Shown here piece after piece: positions 29,070 through 39,232 of a stretch of DNA of 64,000 nucleotides (its first letter is position 1; each line of letters begins with the position of its first letter). The notes under the pieces are model-generated. The model had not been told where the DNA came from, ran no database searches, and saw only the letters and a list, made by a program, of their open reading frames with translations. A program made the translations under genes and the position numbers. The stretch lies in sequence record SRR2962707_896; one strand, written 5' to 3'.

Positions 29070-29729
29070 TCAGCGGACAGCAATCGCGGCAAGGTGTTCG
29101 ACCACCATGGCGGCGGCGCGAGGCAGACAGCCCTTGAAGAAATGGTCGGTACCGGCGAACACCACCACCGGCCGTTGTTGCGGGCGGACCCATTGCAGCA
29201 GGTCCGTCAACGGCGCCCGTTCGTCGTTTTCGCCATGCAGCAAAAGTGCATTATCGGGGATGGGCTGCGGCTGGTAATAGCGGCCATCCGGGACCTGTCC
29301 CACCGGCAATCCCATCAACACCAGCCCATCCACCGGCTGCCGGGGCTCCAGTCTGGTGGCGGCCCGCGCAAACACATAGGCGCCGAAGGAAAAGCCCACC
29401 AGCGCCAAGGGAAGCCGTGGATACTCCTCGCGCAAGGCCGTGATCATCAACAGGGTATCCTGCTCTTCCCCTTCACCGGCACCGTGCTCCCCTTCCGAGT
29501 CATCAACACCACGAAAACTCGGTCTTACCACCAGCCAGCCGGCGTCGCGCAGAACCCTCGCCAGAGCATGCGGCACCGGATGGCGGGGGGAACCGCCCAG
29601 CAACGGCTGCGGATGGCCCACCAGCACCACACCACGGGGCGGCTCATCGGGATGATCAAGCGTCAGGCGAAGACGCCCCGCCGGGCCTTGCAGATAACGG
29701 GTTTCACGTCGGGAAGCAGATGCGCTCAT
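29070..29729 (-). CDS. Alpha/beta hydrolase
   Basis: HPQPLLGG, FRGV..S.G, GFSFG nucleophile, HGENDE, DHFF. Confidence 0.88.
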   Translation of the reverse strand: MSASASRRETRYLQGPAGRLRLTLDHPDEPPRGVVLVGHPQPLLGGSPRHPVPHALARVLRDAGWLVVRPSFRGVDDSEGEHGAGEGEEQDTLLMITALREEYPRLPLALVGFSFGAYVFARAATRLEPRQPVDGLVLMGLPVGQVPDGRYYQPQPIPDNALLLHGENDERAPLTDLLQWVRPQQRPVVVFAGTDHFFKGCLPRAAAMVVEHLAAIAVR

Positions 29730-29804
29730 TAGAACAGGGAATTCCAGCTGGGATACCGAAGATGGCGGAAAGTCTAACACGATCACCCGCGCGCTCCGCC
29801 CTCC

Positions 29805-30116
29805 TCAGTCCTCCTCGTCCAAATGCCAGCCGATCAAATCGCCCACTTCATCGTAGACATTGCCCAGCACTTCACAGTCGCAATAACCGCCATGTTCATT
29901 CAGCCAGGGCACCACCTGCTCCGGAGCCAGCCCTTGCTGATTGAGGAACGCCCTTGTCCAGGTCAGAAAATGGTCGCAAGGCGGGGCATCGGTACGGTCA
30001 AGAAAGGAAAACAGTGCTTTCAATTGTGCCAACGGCATCGGCAGGGATGCGCACAATGCGGCGTGCCGTTTTGCTTTGAATTCAGCCTTGAGAGCCTTCT
30101 TGGCCGCTTTGTCCAT
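29805..30116 (-). CDS. DUF2695 domain protein
   Basis: CDH.L..T..FL, WLNEHGGYCDCEVLGNV. Confidence 0.8.
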   Translation of the reverse strand: MDKAAKKALKAEFKAKRHAALCASLPMPLAQLKALFSFLDRTDAPPCDHFLTWTRAFLNQQGLAPEQVVPWLNEHGGYCDCEVLGNVYDEVGDLIGWHLDEED

Positions 30117-30331
30117 CCGTCCTGCTCCGGCACGGCGCCCTCGGTCCGCGCCTTGATATGAATTGGGGGGAGAAGCCGGCGACGCTTATGTTTGCCTACA
30201 CGATAACGGCCGGTGTCCCCATTTCACTGGAGTGCCCGGCACGGCATTTGGTTCCGGATGGCCGGTGCTGCCTGCCTGATCTGTGACTGCGTTCTCTGCA
30301 ATTATAGAACCTCGCGGTCCCGGGATTCCGT

Positions 30332-30646
30332 TCAAGACATACCTTGTGGTCGGTCCACCGTTGCCTCAGGAAAATACGCCCTGACCCAGCCAAAAAAATC
30401 CGCCTCGGCACGGCATTCCGCGCTGTCTCCCGAGGACGGCCAATAGAGCCACAACGCCTCACCCGAACTCAAGCGCGCATGCAGCAGGCGCAGTTTACCT
30501 TCCAGCCATTGCATCGGTGTGGCGGCACCGTAGTGATGCGCCTGCAGCAGACGCTCAAAGGTCTCGCGATCGACGGTGCCGGACCGGATCAAGCGGACAT
30601 CGAGTTCACGATTAAAGGTGGCGGCGTCCATAGTCGGCGTTCTCAT
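30332..30646 (-). CDS. Hypothetical protein
   Basis: 104-aa ORF co-oriented with its neighbours and filling the gap; no motif recognised. Confidence 0.45.
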   Translation of the reverse strand: MRTPTMDAATFNRELDVRLIRSGTVDRETFERLLQAHHYGAATPMQWLEGKLRLLHARLSSGEALWLYWPSSGDSAECRAEADFFGWVRAYFPEATVDRPQGMS

Positions 30647-30727
30647 TCGAGCAAAAACCAGGGCCTGTTCACCCTAACGCAGGCGGGCCGCCCGGTCATC
30701 CGGACGGCCCGCGTCTGGCACGGTGAA

Positions 30728-31930
30728 TCAGGCTTTCACTGGCAACGGCTCGATACGCAGCCCGATGGACACCAACAGCCCGGCGAAGATCAATACCAGA
30801 CCACTTATGGCGAACACACCAGTGGCGCCACTGACGTTGAACACCGCGCCGCCGGCGGCGGCCCCCAATGCGATGGCGAACTGAATCGCCACCACCATCA
30901 GCCCGCCACCGCTTTCCGCCTCATCAGGCACGGTACGGGTGATCCAGGTGGACCAGGCCACCGGGACGGCACCGAAAGCCATGCCCCACAACGCCACCAG
31001 AATGGCATCGCTCACTGGCGTACCGGTGAGCATGGCCAGACTCAGACCGGCCACGCCCATCACCAGCGGCATCACCGCCAGTGTCAGTCGCATGTTACGT
31101 TCCACCAGCGCGCCGCCCAGGAAAGTCCCAATGAAATTGGCCACGCCGAAACCGAGCAAAATGGCTGAAATGCCGGACACCGCCACCCCGGTGACGTTTT
31201 CCAGGAAGGGGCGGACGTAGGTAAACAAGGCAAAGTGGCCGGTGAACACCAACAAGGAGGCCAACATGCCGAAACCCATGCGCGGCCGCATCATCACCTC
31301 GAACATGGTACGCAGACGGGTGTGACCATTGGGCGCCATGCGTGGCAGGGTGGCGAGCTGCACCAGCAGCGCCAGGATCCCCAGCAAGGAGGCCAGCAGA
31401 AACACATTCCGCCAGCCGATCTGATCACCCAGATAGCTGCCCAGTGGCGCCGCGAACACCGTAGCCGCCGACACGCCGCTGAACAATAGCGACAATGCCC
31501 GCGGCACCAGCGCTTCCGGCACCAGGCGCATTACCGTGGCCGCGGACATGGCCCAGAAGCCACCGATACCGATACCGAGAAACACTCGTCCCAGCAGCAG
31601 CACAATCAGATTAGGCGCATAGGCCACCAGCAGATTCGACACCACCAGCAGCACGGAAAAGCCGACCAACACATGGCGCCGATCAATCCGCCGGGTGACC
31701 GAAGCGATAAACAGACCGGTTATCATCGCCAGCACCGCGGTGATGGACACCGCCTGGCCCGCCAGACCTTCACTGACCGCCAGGTCCGCCGCCATCGGCG
31801 TCAGCAGACTGGCGGGCAGGAATTCGGCGGTGACCAGCCCGAACACACCCAGGGTCAGGGAAATCACCGCTCCCCAGGCGGCGGTCACCGGGGCGCTCGT
31901 GTTCTCCCGCGCAGTATCAGACTTGTTCAT
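30728..31930 (-). CDS. MFS transporter (NepI/DHA1-like)
   Basis: VTAEFLPASLLTPMA, RIDRR, GIGGFWAM, IGWRNVF; GGGAG RBS. Confidence 0.9.
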   Translation of the reverse strand: MNKSDTARENTSAPVTAAWGAVISLTLGVFGLVTAEFLPASLLTPMAADLAVSEGLAGQAVSITAVLAMITGLFIASVTRRIDRRHVLVGFSVLLVVSNLLVAYAPNLIVLLLGRVFLGIGIGGFWAMSAATVMRLVPEALVPRALSLLFSGVSAATVFAAPLGSYLGDQIGWRNVFLLASLLGILALLVQLATLPRMAPNGHTRLRTMFEVMMRPRMGFGMLASLLVFTGHFALFTYVRPFLENVTGVAVSGISAILLGFGVANFIGTFLGGALVERNMRLTLAVMPLVMGVAGLSLAMLTGTPVSDAILVALWGMAFGAVPVAWSTWITRTVPDEAESGGGLMVVAIQFAIALGAAAGGAVFNVSGATGVFAISGLVLIFAGLLVSIGLRIEPLPVKA

Positions 31931-32015
31931 GGGTCTCCCTTCTCTGTTGGATAACATCACGAAGGGCGCCAGAATAGAGTGGACATACCAGACGATCCAT
32001 GCCATACAGTCGCTC

Positions 32016-33020
32016 ATGTTTGATCAATCGTCCGAATCTCAGCCTGACCCGCCCCACCCTGCCCGCGCTGATCTGATCAGTGAATTGCTGGCGGGAATGC
32101 GGCTGCGAGGCCTGCGCTACCACCGTCTGAGGCTGACGCCGCCTTTCGGCGTGCGCTTGGGCGAGGGGGACACGCCACGTGCCCACTTCCACTTCGTGGC
32201 CCGGGGACGGGCTTATTTGCGCGGCGAAGAGGGCGATTTGAGTGAACTGAACCAGGGTGCCGCCGTACTGATGCCCCGCGACGGCCCCCACGCCCTGCTT
32301 TCCGAACCGGCGCTGCCGTGCCGTCACATCACCGACTTCGAAACCGCCACCTTGTGCGACGCGGTCGATGATGTCCGGTCCTGCGACCCGGACACCTGCC
32401 GCAGCCAGGACACCTTGATCTTCAGTGGCTGCATGGAGCTGGATTTGGGTTCCCTGCATCCCCTGGTATCACTGATGCCGGCGGTCATGCGGGTGGACCC
32501 TCAAGCGGACCGGCAGTCGGAATTGCTCCCCATTCTGGAAGCCATGGAACAGGAGGTCTGCGGGCAGCGGGCGGGCTTCGCCAGCATCCTCACCCGGCTG
32601 GCGGAAGTGGTCGCCGCCGCCATCATACGAAGCTGGGTGGAATGCGGCTGCGGAGATGCCAGCGGCTGGGTGGAAGCATTGCGCGACCCACGCCTGGGCG
32701 GAGTGATCGCCGCACTGCATCGGGAACCTGGCCGGCATTGGACGGTGGAATCCATGGCGCGGGAGATGGGCGTATCCCGCTCGGTGTTCGCCGAACGCTT
32801 CCTTGCGGTGACCGGCATCACGCCGCTGCGCTACGTCACCGAACTACGTATGCGCCTTGCCAGTCAGTGGCTGGCTCGTGAACGTCTGCCGGTGGAGGAT
32901 GTCGCGCAGCGACTCGGATACGGTTCCCAAGCCGCTTTCAGCCGCGCCTTCAAACGCGCCACCGGCCATTCCCCCGGCGGTTATCGAGCCGCCAGCGCGT
33001 TCCGGTCCAAGGATTATTGA
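32016..33020 (+). CDS. AraC family regulator (Cupin_6 + HTH)
   Basis: DLISELL, FHFVARG, GWVEALRDPRL, WTVESMA, GYGSQAAFSRAFKR. Confidence 0.9.
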   Translation: MFDQSSESQPDPPHPARADLISELLAGMRLRGLRYHRLRLTPPFGVRLGEGDTPRAHFHFVARGRAYLRGEEGDLSELNQGAAVLMPRDGPHALLSEPALPCRHITDFETATLCDAVDDVRSCDPDTCRSQDTLIFSGCMELDLGSLHPLVSLMPAVMRVDPQADRQSELLPILEAMEQEVCGQRAGFASILTRLAEVVAAAIIRSWVECGCGDASGWVEALRDPRLGGVIAALHREPGRHWTVESMAREMGVSRSVFAERFLAVTGITPLRYVTELRMRLASQWLARERLPVEDVAQRLGYGSQAAFSRAFKRATGHSPGGYRAASAFRSKDY

Positions 33021-33052
33021 ATGAGGATTGCGATACCCGCGCGGTCTGGGCC

Positions 33053-33394
33053 TCAGTCACCGATCCGGCTATAGGTTTCAAACGGCACGCCACTGGCACT
33101 GAGAAACGCGTACAGACGCATCGCCTCCTCGCCACTGAAACGCCGCTTGAGCGCCGCCAGAACCGGGCGCCGGCTTTGCAGCGCCGCCCTCAGCTTGGGC
33201 ACGTCCACAGCTTTTATGGTCCACAACCATTCGTATTCCAGGCAACCGAAGGCCTCATTCACCCCGGCTCCCAGATCCTGTCCCACGAAGACCAGATCAC
33301 CGTTGTCCTGAAATTCAGCGGCAAAATAGCGGTAGCCGCTCTGATCGCGGCTTTCCCGGAGTACCACCTTGCCTGGACGCCACCACAGGCCCAT
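33053..33394 (-). CDS. Hypothetical protein
   Basis: AAGGTG RBS; GDL...GQDLG..V..AFG..EYEW pattern. Confidence 0.6.
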   Translation of the reverse strand: MGLWWRPGKVVLRESRDQSGYRYFAAEFQDNGDLVFVGQDLGAGVNEAFGCLEYEWLWTIKAVDVPKLRAALQSRRPVLAALKRRFSGEEAMRLYAFLSASGVPFETYSRIGD

Positions 33395-33504
33395 AACGTC
33401 ACCTTTCCAATTGGGTCATGAAAATAAAACCAGCCTCTCAGTTCCACATGGAAGAAGCTGCTAGTGTCCGTTCCCACAGCCTATGAAAGGCTCTCTGATT
33501 CATG

Positions 33505-33762
33505 TCATCCATCGGTGAACTTGCTTTCCGCTGTATCCGCGACTTCGCTCCCGCCCTCAACCACGGCGTTGTCTCCCGGCGGGACAGTTGGTGCGTCCTC
33601 CCTTCCCGACGATGGCTTTTGAGAACGGCTTTCCCGACGTATCAGGTAGATGTCCTCCAACCATTCCATACTCCAGAGCAGAATATAGCCCGATACCACC
33701 AACACAACGCCGATCAAGAACGCCGCCAATGCCATCCCACCATTACTCACGGCCATTTCCAT
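33505..33762 (-). CDS. Small hypothetical membrane protein
   Basis: Single N-terminal TM helix and polar tail. Confidence 0.4.
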   Translation of the reverse strand: MEMAVSNGGMALAAFLIGVVLVVSGYILLWSMEWLEDIYLIRRESRSQKPSSGREDAPTVPPGDNAVVEGGSEVADTAESKFTDG

Positions 33763-34025
33763 TTCAACATGCCCTATCCCCCCGTGTCCCGGTCGCTCTG
33801 ACCGGCAGGTCCACCAAGCGTCAGCCGAGGGCGGGTAACCGGCGCACGGGAACAGCCTTCAAAAAGCACCCAAATAGGCGCCATATGCCTATATTTTTTC
33901 ATTTATCTACATTCTACATGGATAAATAGGACATTCAACATCATAAAAATTACAATAAACACCATATAACGTCGTTCTTGAAAGCTCCGCTATCTGCTGA
34001 ACTGCCCGGCAGGAGAGGAGCAACC

Positions 34026-34388
34026 ATGAAGAACCCCAAACAGCTCATCGGCCAGCGCATCAGCACGTTACGCCGAGCCCGGCATCTGACCCAGAATGAT
34101 CTCGCGGAAGGGGTTGGCGTGGATGGCCGCCACATCTCGCGGCTGGAAACAGGCAAATACTTTCCTTCCCTCGACACTCTGGTGACGATGGCCGAGGTAC
34201 TGGGCGTGGAGTTACAGGAGTTCTTTCTGTTTCCTTCGGTGGAAACGGAAAGTCAGATGCGCGAGGCTCTGGTTGCCATCGCCAAGGAAGCCCCGGAACC
34301 GGTACTCAGGGAAGTGTTGTCCTTCGCTCGCAACCAGTTGGCCCAACGCCGGGGCGCCAACGGCGGCGGCGAGGCCGACTCGACCTAG
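34026..34388 (+). CDS. XRE family HTH regulator
   Basis: IGQRISTLR...TQNDLAE..G....ISRLETG...PSLDTL; GAGGAG RBS. Confidence 0.9.
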   Translation: MKNPKQLIGQRISTLRRARHLTQNDLAEGVGVDGRHISRLETGKYFPSLDTLVTMAEVLGVELQEFFLFPSVETESQMREALVAIAKEAPEPVLREVLSFARNQLAQRRGANGGGEADST

Positions 34389-34795
34389 TCCGGAGCGGCG
34401 GTATCGCTGTATGTCTCTCCGGCGAATTCAATGAGACAGAACCCGTGCCCGAAGGGATCCGAGAACGTAATGCACTTCGAGGCCCGCCATTCAGTACCTT
34501 CACTTTCGCGAACCGCCCCGGCGCGAAGGGCCCGGCCGGCGGCCTGCTCAATATCATCGACCACGAAGTCGATGTGGACCGGCGTCCAGTGTCTGGCATA
34601 ACAGCGCGGCTCCAGCAATGTCTCCGCCGCCTTTGAGCCGGAAGGCTTTTGCAAAAGATAGATCACCGAGGATGCCCCGGTCAGTTCCGCCACGTCGTTA
34701 TCCAGGGTACGGCTGTGCCTGAGTCCCAGAGCCGCGCAGTAAAACTCGATCGCCCGACCGAGTTCCGGCACATCGATATTGACCACTACTTTCAT
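34385..34795 (-). CDS. VOC/glyoxalase family protein
   Basis: NIDVPEL..AIEFY, HWTPVHIDFVVDD, DPFGHGFCLIE. Confidence 0.85.
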   Translation of the reverse strand: MKVVVNIDVPELGRAIEFYCAALGLRHSRTLDNDVAELTGASSVIYLLQKPSGSKAAETLLEPRCYARHWTPVHIDFVVDDIEQAAGRALRAGAVRESEGTEWRASKCITFSDPFGHGFCLIEFAGETYSDTAAPD

Positions 34796-34929
34796 GGCTG
34801 CCACTCCTGCCCGGCGCGCGCCACGCCGTTTCAACGCATCCGGCCTCTCAGGCATCAGGGCGACCAACGCCCCCCCTGAACGTCCGGTGGGATGTTTCCT
34901 TGCCCTCAGCCCCCGGCAACGCCTTGAGC

Positions 34930-35140
34930 TCCGACCGTTGAGGCAGGTTCTCCGGCAACCGGATCGACCACACCAGCCCGAGATTATGCAGGCGCGTCAA
35001 CACCCACCACCCCGGGTCCGGTTGATTCTCATGCAAGCCCAGCAATGCCGAGCCGGGATAAGCATGATGATTGTTGTGTCAGTTTTCCCCATGGTCAGAT
35101 AAGTCGCGGCGGGAATGTTGAAGCCCTGTACCGCGCCTTC
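34930..35140 (-). pseudogene. Acyl-CoA (membrane fatty acid) desaturase 3' remnant
   Basis: AVQGFNIPAATYLTMG[-1 frameshift]N*HNNHHAYPGSALLGLHENQPDPGWWVL: the desaturase His box, with W->TGA at 35081-35079. Confidence 0.75.
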
Positions 35141-35235
35141 GCTGGCGCCCAACGTAGCCGGCCCGAGACTGGACTGGTGCCCGGAAACGCCAGGATTCTC
35201 GGCGTATGAGTGTTGGTATCCATACCGCACTCTCT

Positions 35236-36105
35236 CTAAGTTACCGTGGTGTTACGATCCCGGACCGGCGGCAGTCCGTACATGCGGGCGTACTCCCGGG
35301 TAAACTGAGACACACTGGCGTAACCGACCTCGAAAGCGACCCGGCTAGAGGTCTTTCCCTGGGATAGCATCAATCTGCGGGCTTCGATCAGGCGTAACTG
35401 CTTCTGGAACTGCAGCGGCGATAGCGAGGTAACCGCGCGAAAGTGCTTGTGAAAAGCGGAGCGACTCATGCCCGCTGCTTCCGCCAAACGCTCAATCGGT
35501 AGCGGCTTCGCATAATCTTGGCGCAGCATGGCCACCGCGCGGGCGATGCGTCGAACCTGACTGTCCGGCAAGCCCAGACGGCGAATCGCCTGCCCCTGGT
35601 CTCCCAGCAGTAACCAGTAATGTATCTCCCTGACCAGTTGCTTGCGCAGCACGGACAACAACCGCGGTTGCTCCAACAATCTCACCAGCCTGAACATCGC
35701 ATTGTGAAGCTCTTCGTCGACGTTGATACCCACGGGTTCCTGAGGCGAACCCGCCATAGTCATGCCCACATCCAGATCAGTAATCACCGCCGGATCCAGA
35801 TCCAAGGCCAGCGCCAGATAGGGCCTGGTGATCGTCGCCTCACTGATCCGGCTGGCCGTCGGCACATTGGCGGTGACGATCATCGAGTCACCCGCGGTAA
35901 AGGTGAACCCCCTATTGCCAATGGTGACTCGCTTACTGCCTTGCAGCACCAGACATACCAGAGGGCTGGCAATGGCATGTTCCAGTTCGCCAGGCGAGCA
36001 GCCACGCACCAGAAACAGACCGGGCACCGGGGTACCGGCGACACCATCCGCGTTGGCATGTTCACGGGTATAACGCTGGACCGCGTCACGTAGAGCATCA
36101 GACAT
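35236..36105 (-). CDS. AraC family regulator (AraC_N / YqhC-like)
   Basis: CLVLQGSKRV, REIHYWLL, SPLQFQKQLRL, GYASVSQFTREY. Confidence 0.9.
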   Translation of the reverse strand: MSDALRDAVQRYTREHANADGVAGTPVPGLFLVRGCSPGELEHAIASPLVCLVLQGSKRVTIGNRGFTFTAGDSMIVTANVPTASRISEATITRPYLALALDLDPAVITDLDVGMTMAGSPQEPVGINVDEELHNAMFRLVRLLEQPRLLSVLRKQLVREIHYWLLLGDQGQAIRRLGLPDSQVRRIARAVAMLRQDYAKPLPIERLAEAAGMSRSAFHKHFRAVTSLSPLQFQKQLRLIEARRLMLSQGKTSSRVAFEVGYASVSQFTREYARMYGLPPVRDRNTTVT

Positions 36106-36148
36106 GATTTATTTTTGCCCGACGACTTCGACCACGTAAAGCGAAATG

Positions 36149-36181
36149 GACAATCAGGCAAAAACCGGCGAGCTTCGGGCA
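36149..36181 (+). promoter_or_regulatory. AraC-type direct repeat
   Basis: TCAGGCA and TCGGGCA spaced 21 bp apart, between the divergent AraC and ABM genes. Confidence 0.45.
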
Positions 36182-36234
36182 TCACCGGAGTGCCGTACCG
36201 TTCTACCGTAAAACCTCTGCAATGGAGGTGAACG

Positions 36235-36678
36235 ATGAAAGACGAAACGAAATCAAGCGGCGTGGCAACCACCGCCTCTCCAGGACCAACCCCTGATCCG
36301 GCGCCATCTCCCGGGGAGCACCCTCATCGTGGTGTCCGCGTATCCGGACGGGATGGCGCAGAAGGGCCAAAGGCCTTCTATATTCACATCGAGGCTCTAC
36401 CCGGTAAGGAGGATCAGGTCGTTCGTATGCTCGAAGACATTCTCGGCTGTGTGGAGGAGGAGCCGGCCACCGGCCCATGGTATGCGGTACGGTATTCGCA
36501 AACCACTTTTGGTATCTTCGAGGTTTTCCCGGATCTGGCCGGGCGGCAGGCGCACGTGGAGGGCGGCGGCGGCGATATCTTCCGGGATGTTGAGCGGATG
36601 AACGCGCTACTGGCCTATCCCGCCCATGTCCATAGATTGGATGTACTAATGAGCAAAGAGGTGTTTGCCCGGCGCTGA
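36235..36678 (+). CDS. ABM / putative quinol monooxygenase family
   Basis: IEALPGKE, EEP.T..WYA.R....FGIFE.F....GRQAH; GGAGGT RBS. Confidence 0.8.
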   Translation: MKDETKSSGVATTASPGPTPDPAPSPGEHPHRGVRVSGRDGAEGPKAFYIHIEALPGKEDQVVRMLEDILGCVEEEPATGPWYAVRYSQTTFGIFEVFPDLAGRQAHVEGGGGDIFRDVERMNALLAYPAHVHRLDVLMSKEVFARR

Positions 36679-36928
36679 AGGCTCCTCTCCACCGCCAATC
36701 CACCATCAGCCCACCACCCGCCGCCGGTCCCTTGGTTCCGGCGGCGCGCTCCCCGGCTCGGCCCGGCGTCAGGCCACCTGACCTGCCTTAACCCTCTTAT
36801 CTGTGCGACAATCCGCGCGATGTGCTTCCCGCCCTTGCGGCCAGGCGAGTTGCCACTCTCCGGCTTACTCTGGCCGGGCACGCGGGAATGCACACTGGAG
36901 CCAGTCTGACAGGAGTCCCGATCCCATC

Positions 36929-38746
36929 ATGAAGAAAATCCTCATCGCACTTTTTGGTATGGCGATAGCCGCCGTCATCATTTTCCTGATGATCTCCCAT
37001 GATAGGTCTCCGGATATTCAAGCGCTGACGGACGCGATGCTGGAAAAGAAGGACGCCAGGCTCACACGATTGGAATCCGTGGAAGATAAAGTACTCAGGA
37101 AGTCACTTCTTAACCTGGTGTACGACGCCATGTTCACCGATGGAATGGAACTGAACTTCCGGGCACCGCCACGAAACACCACCTATACCACCGCCAAGCT
37201 GGCCCGCCTGGACGATTATTCGAGCATCGATGAACTGACAGAGGTATTCCTGGCCAACCAGATCGCCGCCACCACCTATCCGGACAGAAGCTGCGTGTGG
37301 CCGCGCGAACCTTTCAACTACCCTTTCCAGCATCGATTAGCCTGGACTGCCATTCGGCTGGATAACGGCGAGATCACGGAATTGCCGAATCACTTTTCGG
37401 GAAGCGCCTACAATACTGAAATAGAGTACAGCGGCGCCCGGAATACGTTTTGCTATCGTGATCCCCTTGGCCCGGACAAACCGGCCCCCGTCGCACTGGT
37501 CGGTGAGTTCTCCGTTCAGCTTCCGAGAAAGCTGATCCAGTTTGACTTCAGCCGCTCGGATATCGACCAGTCCCAATCGAAGGACGGGTACACGGTGACT
37601 TTGGTGGAGGCCAATGACTTCTCTTACGCCATTGAAGTGTCCTCCCCCAACGGCAAATCGCCACCATTAGGCAGCAAGGACATCATCGGCGAAGCTCTTG
37701 ATGACACTGGAAAGTACCTTTCCCATACAGGTACCCGCACCGGCCGCCCTGAACTTTATGAAGCTTCCGACCTTATCATCGACGACCTGATTGATCGGGC
37801 AGTTGAAGGGACACTGACGGAGACTCAAATAGACCAGCGATTCGATGAAATGCAGAATGAGCTGAATGAAAAATATGGAAACAGGCTCCATAAGCACTTC
37901 TTTTTCAGCGGCTCCGTTAAAACCGCCCGTATAACCCTGCTCGACAAGGAAGCGAAGCAAACGCCTTTTAAACAGCATCTCGACTTACCCATTCGCAACC
38001 TGGCCAGGCGGCAGCCCACGCCGAGCGTCGATCTGGATACGCTGGAGCGCATTCCCACCCTCAGTCCTGTCTACGACCATTCGATCCAGAACAAGGTGGA
38101 GCTCAACGCAGACGAAATGAAGACCGCCATCGACATTCGTCAGAATGAGATATCAGCGGATTTGGAGTACAGCGCCCAGGTAAAGCTTTATTATCCCCAG
38201 GTACAAAGCGACCGCTTTCTCGGTATATTCGATCGCTACCAAAAGCCTGGGGTTCACGACATCGTCTTTCTTAATGCCGAAGGCACTGCCATCAATCTGC
38301 CCAGTGACGACCCGGACTATTATCGATTCATGGTGAGCCGGATAGAGTATAACCCCGGGCGCTTTCCTGAAAAGCCGGTGCGGCTCTCCGCCACCGTGCC
38401 CGTGGTAACCACGCCAGAGCTGACCAAGAAAAGTCACGATCGAAACAATCTACCTGATGGTGTACGCATCCTGGACAACATGATCATTATTGACCGCGCC
38501 GTCTTTGGGCCCGCGCGCAATAGTGAGCCTTCCGAGAAGACTCATCTGTTCTTCGCCAAGAGCGCCGGCCAGCGCTATCTGAGCAAGGTCACGGATCTTC
38601 ACTTCCCAAGAACCGAGGGCCCCGGTGTTGATGTCATCTACTACAACGGCCTGCCGGAGATCTTTGAAGTCTGGCACAGAGGGGACACGAAGACCGTGGA
38701 CTATCAGGTCGATCTGCATCTGAAGGAGCCGGCCGCAAGGGAATAA
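36929..38746 (+). CDS. Hypothetical exported/membrane-anchored protein (paralogue of 51314-53140)
   Basis: AGGAG RBS; MKKILIALF N-terminal hydrophobic helix; 605 aa; shares colinear blocks with 51314-53140. Confidence 0.8.
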   Translation: MKKILIALFGMAIAAVIIFLMISHDRSPDIQALTDAMLEKKDARLTRLESVEDKVLRKSLLNLVYDAMFTDGMELNFRAPPRNTTYTTAKLARLDDYSSIDELTEVFLANQIAATTYPDRSCVWPREPFNYPFQHRLAWTAIRLDNGEITELPNHFSGSAYNTEIEYSGARNTFCYRDPLGPDKPAPVALVGEFSVQLPRKLIQFDFSRSDIDQSQSKDGYTVTLVEANDFSYAIEVSSPNGKSPPLGSKDIIGEALDDTGKYLSHTGTRTGRPELYEASDLIIDDLIDRAVEGTLTETQIDQRFDEMQNELNEKYGNRLHKHFFFSGSVKTARITLLDKEAKQTPFKQHLDLPIRNLARRQPTPSVDLDTLERIPTLSPVYDHSIQNKVELNADEMKTAIDIRQNEISADLEYSAQVKLYYPQVQSDRFLGIFDRYQKPGVHDIVFLNAEGTAINLPSDDPDYYRFMVSRIEYNPGRFPEKPVRLSATVPVVTTPELTKKSHDRNNLPDGVRILDNMIIIDRAVFGPARNSEPSEKTHLFFAKSAGQRYLSKVTDLHFPRTEGPGVDVIYYNGLPEIFEVWHRGDTKTVDYQVDLHLKEPAARE

Positions 38747-38758
38747 GCGGCCGCACCG

Positions 38759-39109
38759 TCATTCGTGTTGCAGAATATTGACCAGCTTCCCAAACGGATC
38801 ACGGACATAGAATCGCCGCACGCCCCAGGGTTCGCTGACGGGACCGTACTCCACCGGGATCCCGGCAGCCTTGAAGCGCGCCAACGCCGCCTCGACATCA
38901 TCAACTTCGATGGAGAGATCAGGTACCGGGGTTCCCGAGCCGCCTTCCGAGGCAAAACTGACCTGAACCCGCATCGTCTCGGCCGAGCCGTAAGTCCGTA
39001 ACCAGCCGTGATCCATCAACAGGTCAAGGCCCAGCATTTCCCCATAAAAGAACGCGGCCTTCTCGGCATCCGATGTCTCGATGTTGGCCATGATGCGCTT
39101 GACTCTCAT
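38759..39109 (-). CDS. VOC/glyoxalase family protein
   Basis: FYGEMLGL, PDLSIEVDD, EPWGVRRFYVRDPFG. Confidence 0.9.
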   Translation of the reverse strand: MRVKRIMANIETSDAEKAAFFYGEMLGLDLLMDHGWLRTYGSAETMRVQVSFASEGGSGTPVPDLSIEVDDVEAALARFKAAGIPVEYGPVSEPWGVRRFYVRDPFGKLVNILQHE

Positions 39110-39232
39110 AGTTCACCTCAACTGTGGCACAACCGCGCGCGCCTCCAAGTCGTTTCTGCAGCTGGCGACGGGATTGCGACGATAACGTCCGGTATTGAAA
39201 GGACAGGCTGCGTGGCCGCCCTTCCACAACAT

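Noticed and set aside
28042-29277. 411-aa plus-strand ORF
   Set aside because: Shadow of the nucleotidyltransferase and hydrolase genes; no motifs.
31695-32015. N-terminal extension of the AraC ORF
   Set aside because: Overlaps the MFS gene antisense; homology starts near 32016.
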